From Thermoanaerobaculia bacterium (lineage in GTDB: Bacteria; Acidobacteriota; Thermoanaerobaculia; Multivoradales; Multivoraceae), in contig OY761158.1 in the NCBI GenBank assembly GCA_963664405.1, positions 3,872,001-3,936,000 of the forward strand: a stretch of 64,000 nucleotides of DNA, written 5' to 3'. Numbering within the stretch: position 1 is the stretch's first letter; each line of letters begins with the position of its first letter. Positions 20,817 to 30,088 of this stretch are shown here, one piece after another. The notes beneath the pieces are model-generated. The model saw only the letters and a program-made list of their open reading frames with translations. It had not been told where the DNA came from and ran no database searches. A program made the position numbers and the translations under genes.

Positions 20817-21794
20817 ATGAAGATGGAGCAGGTCAGCGAGCGTTGCTTTGCGGTCCTCAACGAGAAGAACCGTATCTGTGATGCGAATTCCGGATTGATC
20901 AATGTCGGTGGCGGGATGGTCATCGACACGCAGTCCGACCTCGCTCATGCCCGTCAGATGATCGAGATGTTCGGGAAAGTGTGGCCCGCACTTCCGCGGC
21001 GGGTGGTCAACACCCACGAAGATGCCGACCATGTGTATGGCAATCAGCTCTTCGAGGGAGCGGAGATCATCGGGCAACGAAGCGTCCCCGAGCGCATGAA
21101 GGCGGTGGCGGAGCCAGGGGATTTCCAGAAGCTGATGCGGATGGGGACCGGCCGTCTCAGCGGACCGCTTCTGCGTCTGATTCATCCCGGTGTGGTCGCC
21201 GCGGCTTGGCAACTGCAGGAGGATTACGACTTCGCCGGCGTCGAGCTCGTTCCTCCGACCACTCTCTTCGACGATCGCATGGTGGTGAACCTCGACGATC
21301 TCGAAGTGCACCTCATCCACGTCGGCCCCTGTCATCAAGTATGCGATTCGATCGTCTGGGTGCCTGCCGAGCGAGTCCTGTTCGCGGGCGACGTGATCTT
21401 CCGTCTTTGCACGCCCATGGGCTGGGTCGGCACCTACGAGGGTTGGCTGGAGTGCCTCGATTTGATCGTCGAGCTCGACCCGTTGGTCATCGTGCCTGGG
21501 CATGGACCCGTCTCCGATGTCGAGGGCGCCAAGAGCATGAAGGCCTATCTCGAGTACGTCCGGGAGGAGTCGGGTAAGTTCTACGAAGAGCGGGTCTCGG
21601 CGAGCGATGCCGCTCGAAGGATCGATCTCGGCCCCTACGCGGACTGGATGAGCCCTGAGCGGGCGTATCTCAATATCGAGCGCGCCTATCGCGAGCTTCG
21701 GGGGGACCCCGCAGACCAGCCATGGGATCAGATGAAGGTCTTCGACGAGCTCTATGCGATCGCCAAATCGAGGGGGGTGGCCCCCGTCTTCTGA
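20817..21794 (+). CDS. MBL-fold metallo-hydrolase (cyclase-like)
   Basis: NTHEDADHVYGN, FAGD and VPGHG motifs; ATG 20817 after a GGGGAGGG RBS. Confidence 0.88.
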   Translation: MKMEQVSERCFAVLNEKNRICDANSGLINVGGGMVIDTQSDLAHARQMIEMFGKVWPALPRRVVNTHEDADHVYGNQLFEGAEIIGQRSVPERMKAVAEPGDFQKLMRMGTGRLSGPLLRLIHPGVVAAAWQLQEDYDFAGVELVPPTTLFDDRMVVNLDDLEVHLIHVGPCHQVCDSIVWVPAERVLFAGDVIFRLCTPMGWVGTYEGWLECLDLIVELDPLVIVPGHGPVSDVEGAKSMKAYLEYVREESGKFYEERVSASDAARRIDLGPYADWMSPERAYLNIERAYRELRGDPADQPWDQMKVFDELYAIAKSRGVAPVF

Positions 21795-21868
21795 CGACGT
21801 AGTAACCTCGCTGGGTCGTTCTGAAGCGAACCCCGCCCAGTGAAGATCGTCAGGGGTCGCCGCTGACC

Positions 21869-23098
21869 ATGGTGAAAGTAGACGAGATCGAGATCCGGCC
21901 CGCTACCGCCGAAGAGATGCCGCAGCTCGGCCTTCTCGGCGGCTACGTCTACGGTGGAACCTTCGGCGATGGGCCCGACAACGTCATCAGCCAGTCCAAC
22001 CGGCCCGAGTGGACGCTCTGTGCCTTCGACGGCGATCGCATGGTGGCGAGCTGGTCCGTGCTTCCCTTCACCATGCGAGCCAACGGCAATGCGCTCGCCC
22101 TGGCCGGCGTGTCCGCGGTCGGCACCCTGCCGGAGTACCGACGCCGGGGCCTGGTGCGACGCATCAGTACGCAATCCCTGGGACAGATGCGCGAACGGGG
22201 GCAATCGGTCGCGGCGCTATGGGCGTCCCAGGCCGCGATCTATCAACGTTACGGCTACGCTCAGGCCACGATGAATCGCACCTACACCGTCGACACGGTG
22301 GACATCCGCTTTCACGACGGAGACCCCGGATCCGACCGCGTGGAGCGCCTGGACGTCACCGCAGGGTACGACTTGGCGAAGCGCGTCTACATCGACTTCG
22401 TTGCCGAGCGCATGGGTTACATACATCGCGGCAAGGCGCTGTGGCTGAATAACGCTCTCGCCTCCCGAGACCAGGACGGACCTGTCCACATCGCGGTGAG
22501 CCGCAACGTCGACGGCGAGCCTTCGGGCTATGTCGTCTATACCCTTCGAGCCGGGCGAGTCGATCATCCGGCGCGGCCCCAGGAGATCGTCATTCGTGAT
22601 CTCGCCTGGCTGTCCCTGGACGCCTATCGTTCACTATGGAGTTGGATCGCTCGCCACGATCTGGTCGGCCGCGTCCGATGGTCGAACGCTCCCATCGACG
22701 ATCCGGCGGCCGAGCTCTTCATGGAGCCGCGACTGCTCAACTCTCTGGATCGTGAAGGCCTTTGGTTTCGGATGGTGGATGTACCTCGTGCGCTCGAAGG
22801 TCGCGGCTACGACGAGGCCGGGGAGATTACGATCGAGGTCACTGAGGACCCGGTGGCGCCGTGGAATCCGGGTACCTATTGCCTCGAGACCTCCGCCGAG
22901 GGCGCGCAGGCGGCGACCACCTCTCGTTCCCCAGACATCCAGTTGTCAGTGAAGGCGCTAGCTTCGCTCTACACAGGCTTCCGATCCGCCCGCCAGTTGG
23001 CCGCCTGGGGTCTCATGGTGGGCAGCGACGAGGCCGTTCGGCGTGCCGATGTCATCTTCGCCACGCGCCACGCCGCTCACTGCCCGGACTCCTTTTAG
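21869..23098 (+). CDS. Eis-family GNAT acetyltransferase with C-terminal SCP2-like domain
   Basis: VGTLPEYRRRGL, LWASQAAIYQRYGY, LWFRMVDVPRALEGRGY, C-terminal CPDSF. Confidence 0.9.
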   Translation: MVKVDEIEIRPATAEEMPQLGLLGGYVYGGTFGDGPDNVISQSNRPEWTLCAFDGDRMVASWSVLPFTMRANGNALALAGVSAVGTLPEYRRRGLVRRISTQSLGQMRERGQSVAALWASQAAIYQRYGYAQATMNRTYTVDTVDIRFHDGDPGSDRVERLDVTAGYDLAKRVYIDFVAERMGYIHRGKALWLNNALASRDQDGPVHIAVSRNVDGEPSGYVVYTLRAGRVDHPARPQEIVIRDLAWLSLDAYRSLWSWIARHDLVGRVRWSNAPIDDPAAELFMEPRLLNSLDREGLWFRMVDVPRALEGRGYDEAGEITIEVTEDPVAPWNPGTYCLETSAEGAQAATTSRSPDIQLSVKALASLYTGFRSARQLAAWGLMVGSDEAVRRADVIFATRHAAHCPDSF

Positions 23099-23264
23099 CC
23101 TCGACCCGCTCAGCCGAAGAGAAAACGAAGAGCGGCATAAGCGCGTGCCGTGCCGACCAGGGCGAGGATCGAGATGGCAACAGGCCCGCGCGCGTCTCGC
23201 GGGAGAGGGCGTAGCCGGGCGGCGACCGCGCCGACGATGGCAAAGGGCGGCCCTGAGCCCTCGA

Positions 23265-23280
23265 GCACGAAACTTCGTGC
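23265..23280. promoter_or_regulatory. Palindrome identical to the candidate sigma54-activator binding site
   Basis: GCACGAAACTTCGTGC; same 14-bp core as 26323-26336. Confidence 0.45.
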
Positions 23281-23322
23281 CCCGGGGTGCCAGGGGAGTT
23301 GGGCGCGTCCCTATTTGACGCC

Positions 23323-24762
23323 TCAGGCGCCAGGTCCTTCCGACCTGTCGGCGGGTGGACACCAGGTAAAAACTTTGAGCTTCTTCGCGAGATCGCGAAG
23401 AGCTGCGCGGATCCCTTCCTCTATGACCGGGTGATAGACCGGCATCTCCAGGATGTGATTTATGGTCAGTCCCTGCTGAACCGCCCAAGCGAGTAGGTGT
23501 GATGTGTGCTCGACTCTCGGACCGAACATCTCCGCTCCCAGAAGCCTACAGCTGGTGCGCGAGCCGTACACGTGCACGAGGCCGCGATTCTTTCCCATTA
23601 CCCGCGCTCGCCCCTGGTTGTCGTAGGAAGCAGCTCCGACTTCGATCTCCGACGAGCTGAGGTCCGCGAAGCGCTCGCCGACCAGAGCCATCTGTGGATC
23701 GGTGAAGGCGATCATCAGGCGTGTGCGACGCACCGATGCTGCCACCTCCGGCCAGCGCGCAGCATTGGCTCCGGCGATGCGGCCCTCGTCGGCGGCCTCG
23801 TGGAGTACCGCGCGATGTGCACTGACGTCCCCAGCGATGAAGATCGGAAGGTCTCCGCACTGCGTCGTTGTCGGGTCCCACGATGGCAGGCCGTTGGGGT
23901 CGAGCTGGCAGCCCGCCGTCTCCAAGCCCAGCCCAGAGAGGTTGGGACGGCGCCCAGTGGCAGCGAGAATGCAGTCGAAGCGCTCCTCGTGCTCCGCGCC
24001 CTGGGGGTCGCGGTAACGGAGAGAGAACCCGTCTCCGCTGCGCTCGGCACCCAGGAGCTCGGTCTCGAGGTGCAGGGTCAGCTCTTGGTCGAAGGTCTGG
24101 CGGGCTGCCGCACGGAGGGCCGGGTCGGTCAGTGGCCCGAGGCTCGAGCGTGGATTGAAGAGGGCGACGCGGACACCGAGCCGATGAAGAGCCTGTCCCA
24201 GCTCCAGCCCCATGGCGCCGGTGCCTACGACCGCCACCGAATCGGGCAGCTCGGTGAGCTCGAAGACGTCGTCATTGACCATAACCTCTTCGCGCACCGC
24301 ATCGAGCTCGTCAGGGACACGGGGCGAAGATCCGGTCGCAACGACTACCGATTTCGCCTCGACGCGAGTGTGGTCTCCCACTTCGAGAGTCGTGGTGCCG
24401 ACGAAGTGGGCTCGACCCCTAAGCCTATTTTGCTCCGGCAGAGCCTCGGTCGCGTCGGCGGCGAAGCCTGCGAATCGATCTCGTTCGCTTCGGACGCGGG
24501 CCATCACCGCCGCTCCGTTGATTTTCCACCCGTCTTCGGCGACGTCGATACCGAAGCGCTCCGCCTCGCGCACCTCCTGCGCCGCGTCAGCGGCGGCGAT
24601 GAGGAGCTTCGACGGCATGCAACCCACTCTGGCGCACATGGTGCCGTAGGGGCCGGATTCGATGAGGACCCAGCTCGCACCCGCAGAAGCCGCCTCGCGC
24701 TGGGCGTTGAGGCCGGCAGTACCCGCCCCGATAATGGCGACATCGACTTTGAGTACTTCCAT
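23323..24762 (-). CDS. Dihydrolipoyl dehydrogenase-family flavin disulfide reductase
   Basis: GAGTAG, CARVGCMPSK redox disulfide, GTGAMG, AGDV, HPVIEE; ATG 24762 after an AGGAG RBS. Confidence 0.9.
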   Translation of the reverse strand: MEVLKVDVAIIGAGTAGLNAQREAASAGASWVLIESGPYGTMCARVGCMPSKLLIAAADAAQEVREAERFGIDVAEDGWKINGAAVMARVRSERDRFAGFAADATEALPEQNRLRGRAHFVGTTTLEVGDHTRVEAKSVVVATGSSPRVPDELDAVREEVMVNDDVFELTELPDSVAVVGTGAMGLELGQALHRLGVRVALFNPRSSLGPLTDPALRAAARQTFDQELTLHLETELLGAERSGDGFSLRYRDPQGAEHEERFDCILAATGRRPNLSGLGLETAGCQLDPNGLPSWDPTTTQCGDLPIFIAGDVSAHRAVLHEAADEGRIAGANAARWPEVAASVRRTRLMIAFTDPQMALVGERFADLSSSEIEVGAASYDNQGRARVMGKNRGLVHVYGSRTSCRLLGAEMFGPRVEHTSHLLAWAVQQGLTINHILEMPVYHPVIEEGIRAALRDLAKKLKVFTWCPPADRSEGPGA

Positions 24763-24802
24763 GAAAATTCTCCTAGGAGATGGTCGGTCCGGCTGAGTTC
24801 GA

Positions 24803-26272
24803 TTAGCCCCGCCGGAGGCCGAGTTTCTTGATCCGCGATGCAAGAGTCGTGGGCTTGATGCCAAGGAGGTCGGCAGCGGCGCCGGAACCGTAGACCTTCC
24901 AGTCTGTTGTCTCCAGCGCCGCCAGAATGTTGTCGCGCTCTCGCCGCCTCATCTCGGCCTCAGAAAGGATACCGGGCATCGCGGGCGGGTCTGGAGTGCC
25001 CCCGTATCCTGGTCTCCAGGGCGCTGATGCGGCGGTGGTCGGCAGATCGAAGAATAGAGCTCCTTCGCGAGCTGTGATCACCGCACGCTCGAGAACATTC
25101 CGCAGCTCGCGAACATTACCCGGCCAGTCGTAGGCGCGGAGATCCTCGATATTGGCCTGGGTAAGACGCGGTTTCTCACGCCTCATCTGGGTCGCGATCG
25201 CGTCGAGGAGGTGACTGGCCAGGAGCTTCAGGTCGTCTTTGCGCTCGCGCAGTGGGGGGACCGTGATCGGGAAGACGTTGAGTCGATAGTAGAGGTCCTG
25301 GCGGAAGCGACCTCTCTCCACCTCTCCGGCGAGCTCCCGGTTGGTTGCGGCGATCACCCGCACGTCGACCTTGCGAGTGCGCTCGTCTCCAATGCGCTCG
25401 AACTGCCCCTCCTGCAGGACCCTGAGCAGCTTGCTCTGCATCTCCAGGGGTATTTCTCCCACCTCGTCTAGAAACAAGGTGCCTCCATGAGCGAGCTCGA
25501 AACGGCCGGCCCGGTCCTTGTGGGCTCCGGTGAACGAGCCTCGCACGTGACCGAAGAACTCGCTCTCGAAGAGGTCGCGTGGAATCGAGGCACAGTTGAC
25601 CTTGATGAGAGGTCGACCTTCACGACTGCCGGCGGAATGTAGGGCGCGGGCCACGAGCTCTTTCCCGCAACCGGTCTCGCCGCTGACGAGGACATTGGCG
25701 TCGGTCGGTGCGACCGTCTCGATCTCCTCGATCACCCGGCGAATCGCTGCCGAATCACCGACGATTTCTGAGAAGCCGTGATGGCGGCCGATCTCTTCTT
25801 GCAGATAGGTGTTCTCCGCCTCGAGCCTGTCTTTGATGGCTTCGAGCTCAGCGAGCGCTCGGGTCAGGTGTCCCTGGGTCTTCTTGATCTCGCTGAGATC
25901 GCGGAAGACGACCACGGCGCCTTCGAGCTCGCCGCCGCGGTGGATTGGTGTGCTGGTGTACTCGACAGGGAAGCTCGATCCGTCCCCTCGCCAGAACACC
26001 TCGTCATCGACGGTGTGCACGCGCCCATCCTTGAAGGCTTGATAGATCGGGCAGTTCTTCGCTTCGTAAGGACTGCCGTCCGGATGGCTGTGGTGAAGGA
26101 CGGCATGCATCGACTCTCCGAGCAGCTCCTCGGCTCCAACCTGGAGCATGCTTGCAGCGGCCGGGTTGACGAAGGTGGTTTTGCCCTCGGTGTCGAGACC
26201 GTAGATGCCTTCGCCCGCCGCCTCGAGGATGAGAGCCAGCCGTTCGTGTAGGTCGTCCTGAGGTTCGCTCAT
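24803..26272 (-). CDS. PAS-domain sigma54-dependent activator (FhlA/Fis-type)
   Basis: N-terminal [32 protein letters not shown]-terminal [15 protein letters not shown]. Confidence 0.93.
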   Translation of the reverse strand: MSEPQDDLHERLALILEAAGEGIYGLDTEGKTTFVNPAAASMLQVGAEELLGESMHAVLHHSHPDGSPYEAKNCPIYQAFKDGRVHTVDDEVFWRGDGSSFPVEYTSTPIHRGGELEGAVVVFRDLSEIKKTQGHLTRALAELEAIKDRLEAENTYLQEEIGRHHGFSEIVGDSAAIRRVIEEIETVAPTDANVLVSGETGCGKELVARALHSAGSREGRPLIKVNCASIPRDLFESEFFGHVRGSFTGAHKDRAGRFELAHGGTLFLDEVGEIPLEMQSKLLRVLQEGQFERIGDERTRKVDVRVIAATNRELAGEVERGRFRQDLYYRLNVFPITVPPLRERKDDLKLLASHLLDAIATQMRREKPRLTQANIEDLRAYDWPGNVRELRNVLERAVITAREGALFFDLPTTAASAPWRPGYGGTPDPPAMPGILSEAEMRRRERDNILAALETTDWKVYGSGAAADLLGIKPTTLASRIKKLGLRRG

Positions 26273-26322
26273 TCAACCCTCCTGATTCGCTTCCTTGGCC
26301 TCGATTGGAGCCTTCGAGTGTG

Positions 26323-26377
26323 CACGAAACTTCGTGATTGGGCAACGTAATGCCGTGAGCCTCGAAACTTCGGGCTC
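26323..26377. promoter_or_regulatory. Candidate upstream activator sites
   Basis: CACGAA-AC-TTCGTG at 26323-26336 and variant CTCGAA-AC-TTCGGG at 26361-26374, about 70-120 bp upstream of a -24/-12 motif. Confidence 0.55.
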
Positions 26378-26445
26378 TCCCGACGTCGTGCCTAGAGGTT
26401 CAGAAGTAATTCATTCATAAAGGCTTATTAGGATCCATAGAAAAC

Positions 26446-26460
26446 TGGCACAGAGGTTGC
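26446..26460 (+). promoter_or_regulatory. sigma54 -24/-12 promoter
   Basis: TGGCAC-AGAGG-TTGC matches the consensus, is preceded by an AT-rich tract and faces away from a sigma54 activator gene. Caveat: predicted +1 falls very close to ATG 26474. Confidence 0.75.
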
Positions 26461-26473
26461 GGAGGGAGTCAAC

Positions 26474-27097
26474 ATGAAGAAAACAGTGAGTAACGTAGCC
26501 TTCAGCCCCACTGTCAGGGCCACACAGGAGCGCCTCGGATCAAGGCCCACCTACGCCCGCATGGAGCAGTTGGCCGGCTGGCAGTCGGCCATCAATCCGG
26601 ACTTGGAGCGCTTCATCGCTGAGCGGGACTCGTTCTATCTAGGCACTGTGAGTGCCGACGGCCAGCCCTATGTGCAACACAGGGGCGGCCCGAAGGGCCT
26701 CCTCAAGGTGATCGACGAGCACACTCTGGCGTTCGCCGACTTCGGCGGAAACCGGCAGTACATCTCGATGGGAAACCTGGAGGACAACCCCAAGGCTTTC
26801 ATCTTTCTGATGGACTACCCGAACCGCCGCCGGATCAAGATCTGGGGCCGGGCCGAGGTGGTCGAGGACGACCAGGCTCTGCTGCGGCAGCTCGCCGATC
26901 CTGACTACAAGGCCACTCCGGAGAGGGTCTTCCGGTTTCGCGTCGAGGCCTGGGATGTGAACTGCAGGCAGCACATCACCCGTAGATTCACAGAGGAAGA
27001 TATCGGCCCTGAAATGAAGGAGTTACGAAATCGCGTCGCGCAGTTGGAAGGGGAGCTTCACGAGCTCAGAAAGAGCGCTCTCACTTCCGGTCCCTGA
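26474..27097 (+). CDS. Pyridoxamine 5'-phosphate oxidase-like FMN-binding protein
   Basis: SFYLGTVSADGQPYVQHRGGPKG, FADFGGNRQYISMGNL, WDVNCRQHI. Confidence 0.9.
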   Translation: MKKTVSNVAFSPTVRATQERLGSRPTYARMEQLAGWQSAINPDLERFIAERDSFYLGTVSADGQPYVQHRGGPKGLLKVIDEHTLAFADFGGNRQYISMGNLEDNPKAFIFLMDYPNRRRIKIWGRAEVVEDDQALLRQLADPDYKATPERVFRFRVEAWDVNCRQHITRRFTEEDIGPEMKELRNRVAQLEGELHELRKSALTSGP

Positions 27098-27199
27098 TTT
27101 TCTTGTGCTAGGAGCGTGTATCTGGACTCCAATGTCAACAGGGGTGGGTCGGTCTTCTTGTTTTTGATAGAGGTTTCCTTGGTGTGTAATCACAGGCAG

Positions 27200-27400
27200 T
27201 ATGGAGGTCGATGGTGAGTCAAGACAGCAGACGTATCTCCGGCCTGTAGTGGGCGATTATTAGCGCCGGGCCATGATGAAGAAATGCGCGTGAGGGAGCC
27301 GAATCGTCCGAAAGGGCCTCGAAGGCCAACGCTCCTATCGGCTTTTCCCCCCACGCCAGTCTGACTGGAAACCATCAGAATTCTCTACTCGCGCTGTCGG
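27200..27400 (-). ncRNA. Putative bridge/seekRNA of the IS1111 element (boundaries approximate)
   Basis: Stem AGCCGA (27297-27302)/TCGGCT (27338-27343) encloses GTCCGA, a GGCCT/AGGCC hairpin and ACGCTCCTA, which match the target. A second loop carries TATCT and ATGATGAA, which match the IS ends. Confidence 0.75.
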
Positions 27401-27466
27401 AGTGTTTGTGAGTGTTCAATTTGAAGTCTTCGGGTGCGTTGGGGTCCAGAGATCGAGGCCAAGGGC

Positions 27467-28507
27467 TCAGGCCGTGACTTGCCGTGGAGGCTGCAGCTGG
27501 AAGGAGGTCTCGTGGGTCCAGACCGCCCAGACAACGCGTGCGAGCTTGTTGGCGAGGGCAACGGCGGCCCGGTTCCGTCCCCGCGAGCTCTCGACTCTGA
27601 GGGCCCACTGTTCGAGCCTACCGGCGGGTCCCTTTCTCCTCGCCCAGCTGAGCACCGACCTGGCGCCATGAATGAGGAGAGTTCGTAAGTACGCGTCCCC
27701 GCGTTTGCTGATCCTGCCGAGCCACCGCCGAGCGCCACTGGAGTGTTCCCTGGGAGTCAGTCCGAGATAGCTGGCGAGATGCCGGCCGCTTTTGAAGCGG
27801 CGAATGTCTCCGATCCAAGCGACCATGGCTGTGGCCGTGAGTACGCCTACGCCCTTGATCGTCAGGAGTCGCTTCACGGCCTCGTCCTGGCGCGCGAGGG
27901 CTTGGATCTGTGCCTCGAGCTCTTGGATCTTCGTGGTCAGCTCGTCGATGTGGTCACAGATGCTTTCGAAAAAGGGTCGCAAGACGAGCGGGATCTCGGT
28001 ATCCGGATCCGCGAGCCAGACGCGGACGCGCGGCAGGACCTGGGCGCGTCCCTGGGGCAGAAAGAGCCCGAGCTCTCGTAGGTGCCCGCGCAGAGCATTG
28101 ATGTGGGCGGTGCGATCGTCCATGAACGACGAACGGATGCGATGGAGCGTGGTCATCGTCTGCTGCTCGAGCGATTTGACCGGTACGGGTAGGATGTCCT
28201 CGTTTCGATGCGCCTCGAGCATGCCCGTGGTATCCGTTCGATCCGATTTATTGCGCAACACATAGCGCCGGGTGAAATGCGGTGGCAGCAGGATCACCTC
28301 GTGGCCGAGACTCTGAATACGCCGGCCCCAGTAGTGCGCCGAACCGCAGGCTTCCATGAGGACGGTCGCGGGCTTGATCTGCGCGAAGAACCTGAGGAAT
28401 TTCGCCCTTCGCACGCGCTGCCTCTCGGCGACCTTACCCGGCTCGTAAGACACCGCGATCTCGAAGACATCCTTGGCGATATCGACTGCGATACGTGTAC
28501 TCTTCAT
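27467..28507 (-). CDS. IS110-family DEDD recombinase/transposase
   Basis: AVDIAK, MEACG, KSDRTD (DEDD), GVGVLTA, YLGLTPREHSSG (catalytic Ser), ISKRGDAYLRTLL. True start is ATG 28507; the track's 28669 start lies outside the IS. Confidence 0.95.
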   Translation of the reverse strand: MKSTRIAVDIAKDVFEIAVSYEPGKVAERQRVRRAKFLRFFAQIKPATVLMEACGSAHYWGRRIQSLGHEVILLPPHFTRRYVLRNKSDRTDTTGMLEAHRNEDILPVPVKSLEQQTMTTLHRIRSSFMDDRTAHINALRGHLRELGLFLPQGRAQVLPRVRVWLADPDTEIPLVLRPFFESICDHIDELTTKIQELEAQIQALARQDEAVKRLLTIKGVGVLTATAMVAWIGDIRRFKSGRHLASYLGLTPREHSSGARRWLGRISKRGDAYLRTLLIHGARSVLSWARRKGPAGRLEQWALRVESSRGRNRAAVALANKLARVVWAVWTHETSFQLQPPRQVTA

Positions 28508-28931
28508 CGTGGACTCCCTTTCTACGATCAACGTTTGCGACTTAGGTGACCCCTGGCACATAGATGCCGAAGTCACCGGGGAGTCCATTTCATCATCCGA
28601 GTATTCGTCCTGAGCCGTTTCCGTGAGCGAATAGGAAGCAACGCCCAAGTGCGCCGTCCTCGGCGCCAAGAGACAACTAGGCGGAGGAAATGATAGCCAT
28701 CATTTCTGGAGCCTAGGTTTTTTCGGTGCCAGCCCGTTCTCCATCCCGCTTCGGGTCCTGCCGCCGCGCTGTTCGCTGCGGCGTTCATTGCAGAGAGCCG
28801 GCGCCTAGAGCCTCGGAGTGCGCTAGCAGACGAGAGCTTCCTGAAGCACCCGTTCGTTGAATTGGAGCCAGCTCAGCTCCCGGTTCGAGTAGTAGGTAGA
28901 ATGGCCGAGATTTGAGCATCGAGGTGCGAGA

Positions 28932-29498
28932 TTGAAGGTCTTGGTCATCCTCCGACACGGTAAGTCCGCCAGTTACTCGCCGACCGGAGAGGACCGTGAT
29001 CGCCCATTGCGGAAGCGAGGCAGAAGAGCCGTCGAGAGCGTTGCGCTTCGGCTTGCAGAGTCGGAGATATCCCCCGATCTCATTCTCGTTTCGCCGTCTC
29101 GGCGAACCCGCGAGACTGCCGAGACAGCGGTGGAGGCCGCAGGATGGACCTGTCCCACGGTCATCGAGGATCGCCTCTATCACGCGACTGCGGGCTCGGG
29201 GATGGCGCTCTGTCGACAACAGCCCGAGGAGGCTGGGACTGTGCTCGTATCTGCGCACGAGCCCATGTGCTCGGAGCTCATCGCCTTGCTCTGTGACCTC
29301 AGCGAAGAGCCACGCTTCCCGCCGGCGGCCTTCGCCGTGCTCGACTTCGCCGCCGAGAAGTGGAGCGAGATCGGGGTCGGTTCGGCGGCGCTCCGTCTCC
29401 TCGCAACACCCCGCGACCTGTCGAGCACCGCACCGTCCTCGTCGGTCGCCCAGTTCCCACCGTCCGGATTTGTGCCAAAGACCGATTCGGAGTCCTGA
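28932..29498 (+). CDS. SixA-like histidine phosphatase
   Basis: LRHGKS, DRPL, SPSRRTRET, AHEP. Confidence 0.85.
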   Translation: MKVLVILRHGKSASYSPTGEDRDRPLRKRGRRAVESVALRLAESEISPDLILVSPSRRTRETAETAVEAAGWTCPTVIEDRLYHATAGSGMALCRQQPEEAGTVLVSAHEPMCSELIALLCDLSEEPRFPPAAFAVLDFAAEKWSEIGVGSAALRLLATPRDLSSTAPSSSVAQFPPSGFVPKTDSES

Positions 29499-29547
29499 GA
29501 CTCCGTCGAGAGATACCCAGAAATACGACAAGAGGAAGGTTGATCGA

Positions 29548-30024
29548 ATGAAATTCGCACTTTCAGACATGCAGCTCACCAGCTCGGCCTTCGCCCAGGG
29601 CGGGCCGATTCCCGCACGCCATACCGGCGAGGGCGAAGACACCTCTCCGCCCTTGGAATGGAGCGACGCTCCGGATGGCGCGCGGTCCTTTGCGGTTGTC
29701 TGCCACGATCCCGACGCGCCGGTCGTATCGGCCGGTGGCTACGGTTTCGTGCATTGGGTGCTCTACAACATTCCGGCAGGGGTGACCGGCCTGGCGGAAG
29801 GCGGCGCGGACTATTCAACCGGGCCTTCGGACTTCGGTAAGCTCGGCTACGGAGGTCCTATGCCGCCGAACGGACACGGGACGCATCGCTACTTCTTTTG
29901 GGTGCTTGCGCTAGGTCGCGAGCCGGACCTCGAGCCGGGGCTTACACTGCGCCAGCTACTCGAGACGATCGAGCCGGACGTTCTCGGGATGAACCGCCTG
30001 CTGGGGACCTACGAGCGAGAGTAG
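29548..30024 (+). CDS. YbhB/YbcL (PEBP) family protein
   Basis: SPPLEW, DPDAP, FVHWVLYNIP, YGGPMPPNGHGTHRYFF; ATG 29548. Confidence 0.92.
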   Translation: MKFALSDMQLTSSAFAQGGPIPARHTGEGEDTSPPLEWSDAPDGARSFAVVCHDPDAPVVSAGGYGFVHWVLYNIPAGVTGLAEGGADYSTGPSDFGKLGYGGPMPPNGHGTHRYFFWVLALGREPDLEPGLTLRQLLETIEPDVLGMNRLLGTYERE

Positions 30025-30088
30025 AAATCGTACGGCCGCTGCGTTAGCAGGGCTGCTCCTCGTCTTCTGGGTTGCCGCCCCGGCCGTC

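Larger units (their letters stand above)
27120..28596 (-). mobile_element. IS110-family, IS1111-group insertion sequence (about 1477 bp)
   Basis: Ends defined by the interrupted repeat; sub-terminal inverted repeats TGGACTCC (27123-27130) and GGAGTCCA (28580-28587); no target duplication beyond one shared base; long non-coding region downstream of the transposase. Confidence 0.93.
27108..28716 (-). repeat. Repeat family A, copy 2, split by the IS
   Basis: 27108-27119 (CTAGGAGCGTGT) joined to 28597-28716 (CCGAGTATTCG...GAGCCTAG) rebuilds a 132-bp copy. Confidence 0.9.

Noticed and set aside
28508-28669. N-terminal extension of the transposase (MAPRTAHLGVASYSL..., also seen in ORFs at 7714 and 34641-34847)
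   Set aside because: It is a translation of repeat family A and crosses the IS boundary; it is not a shared protein domain.
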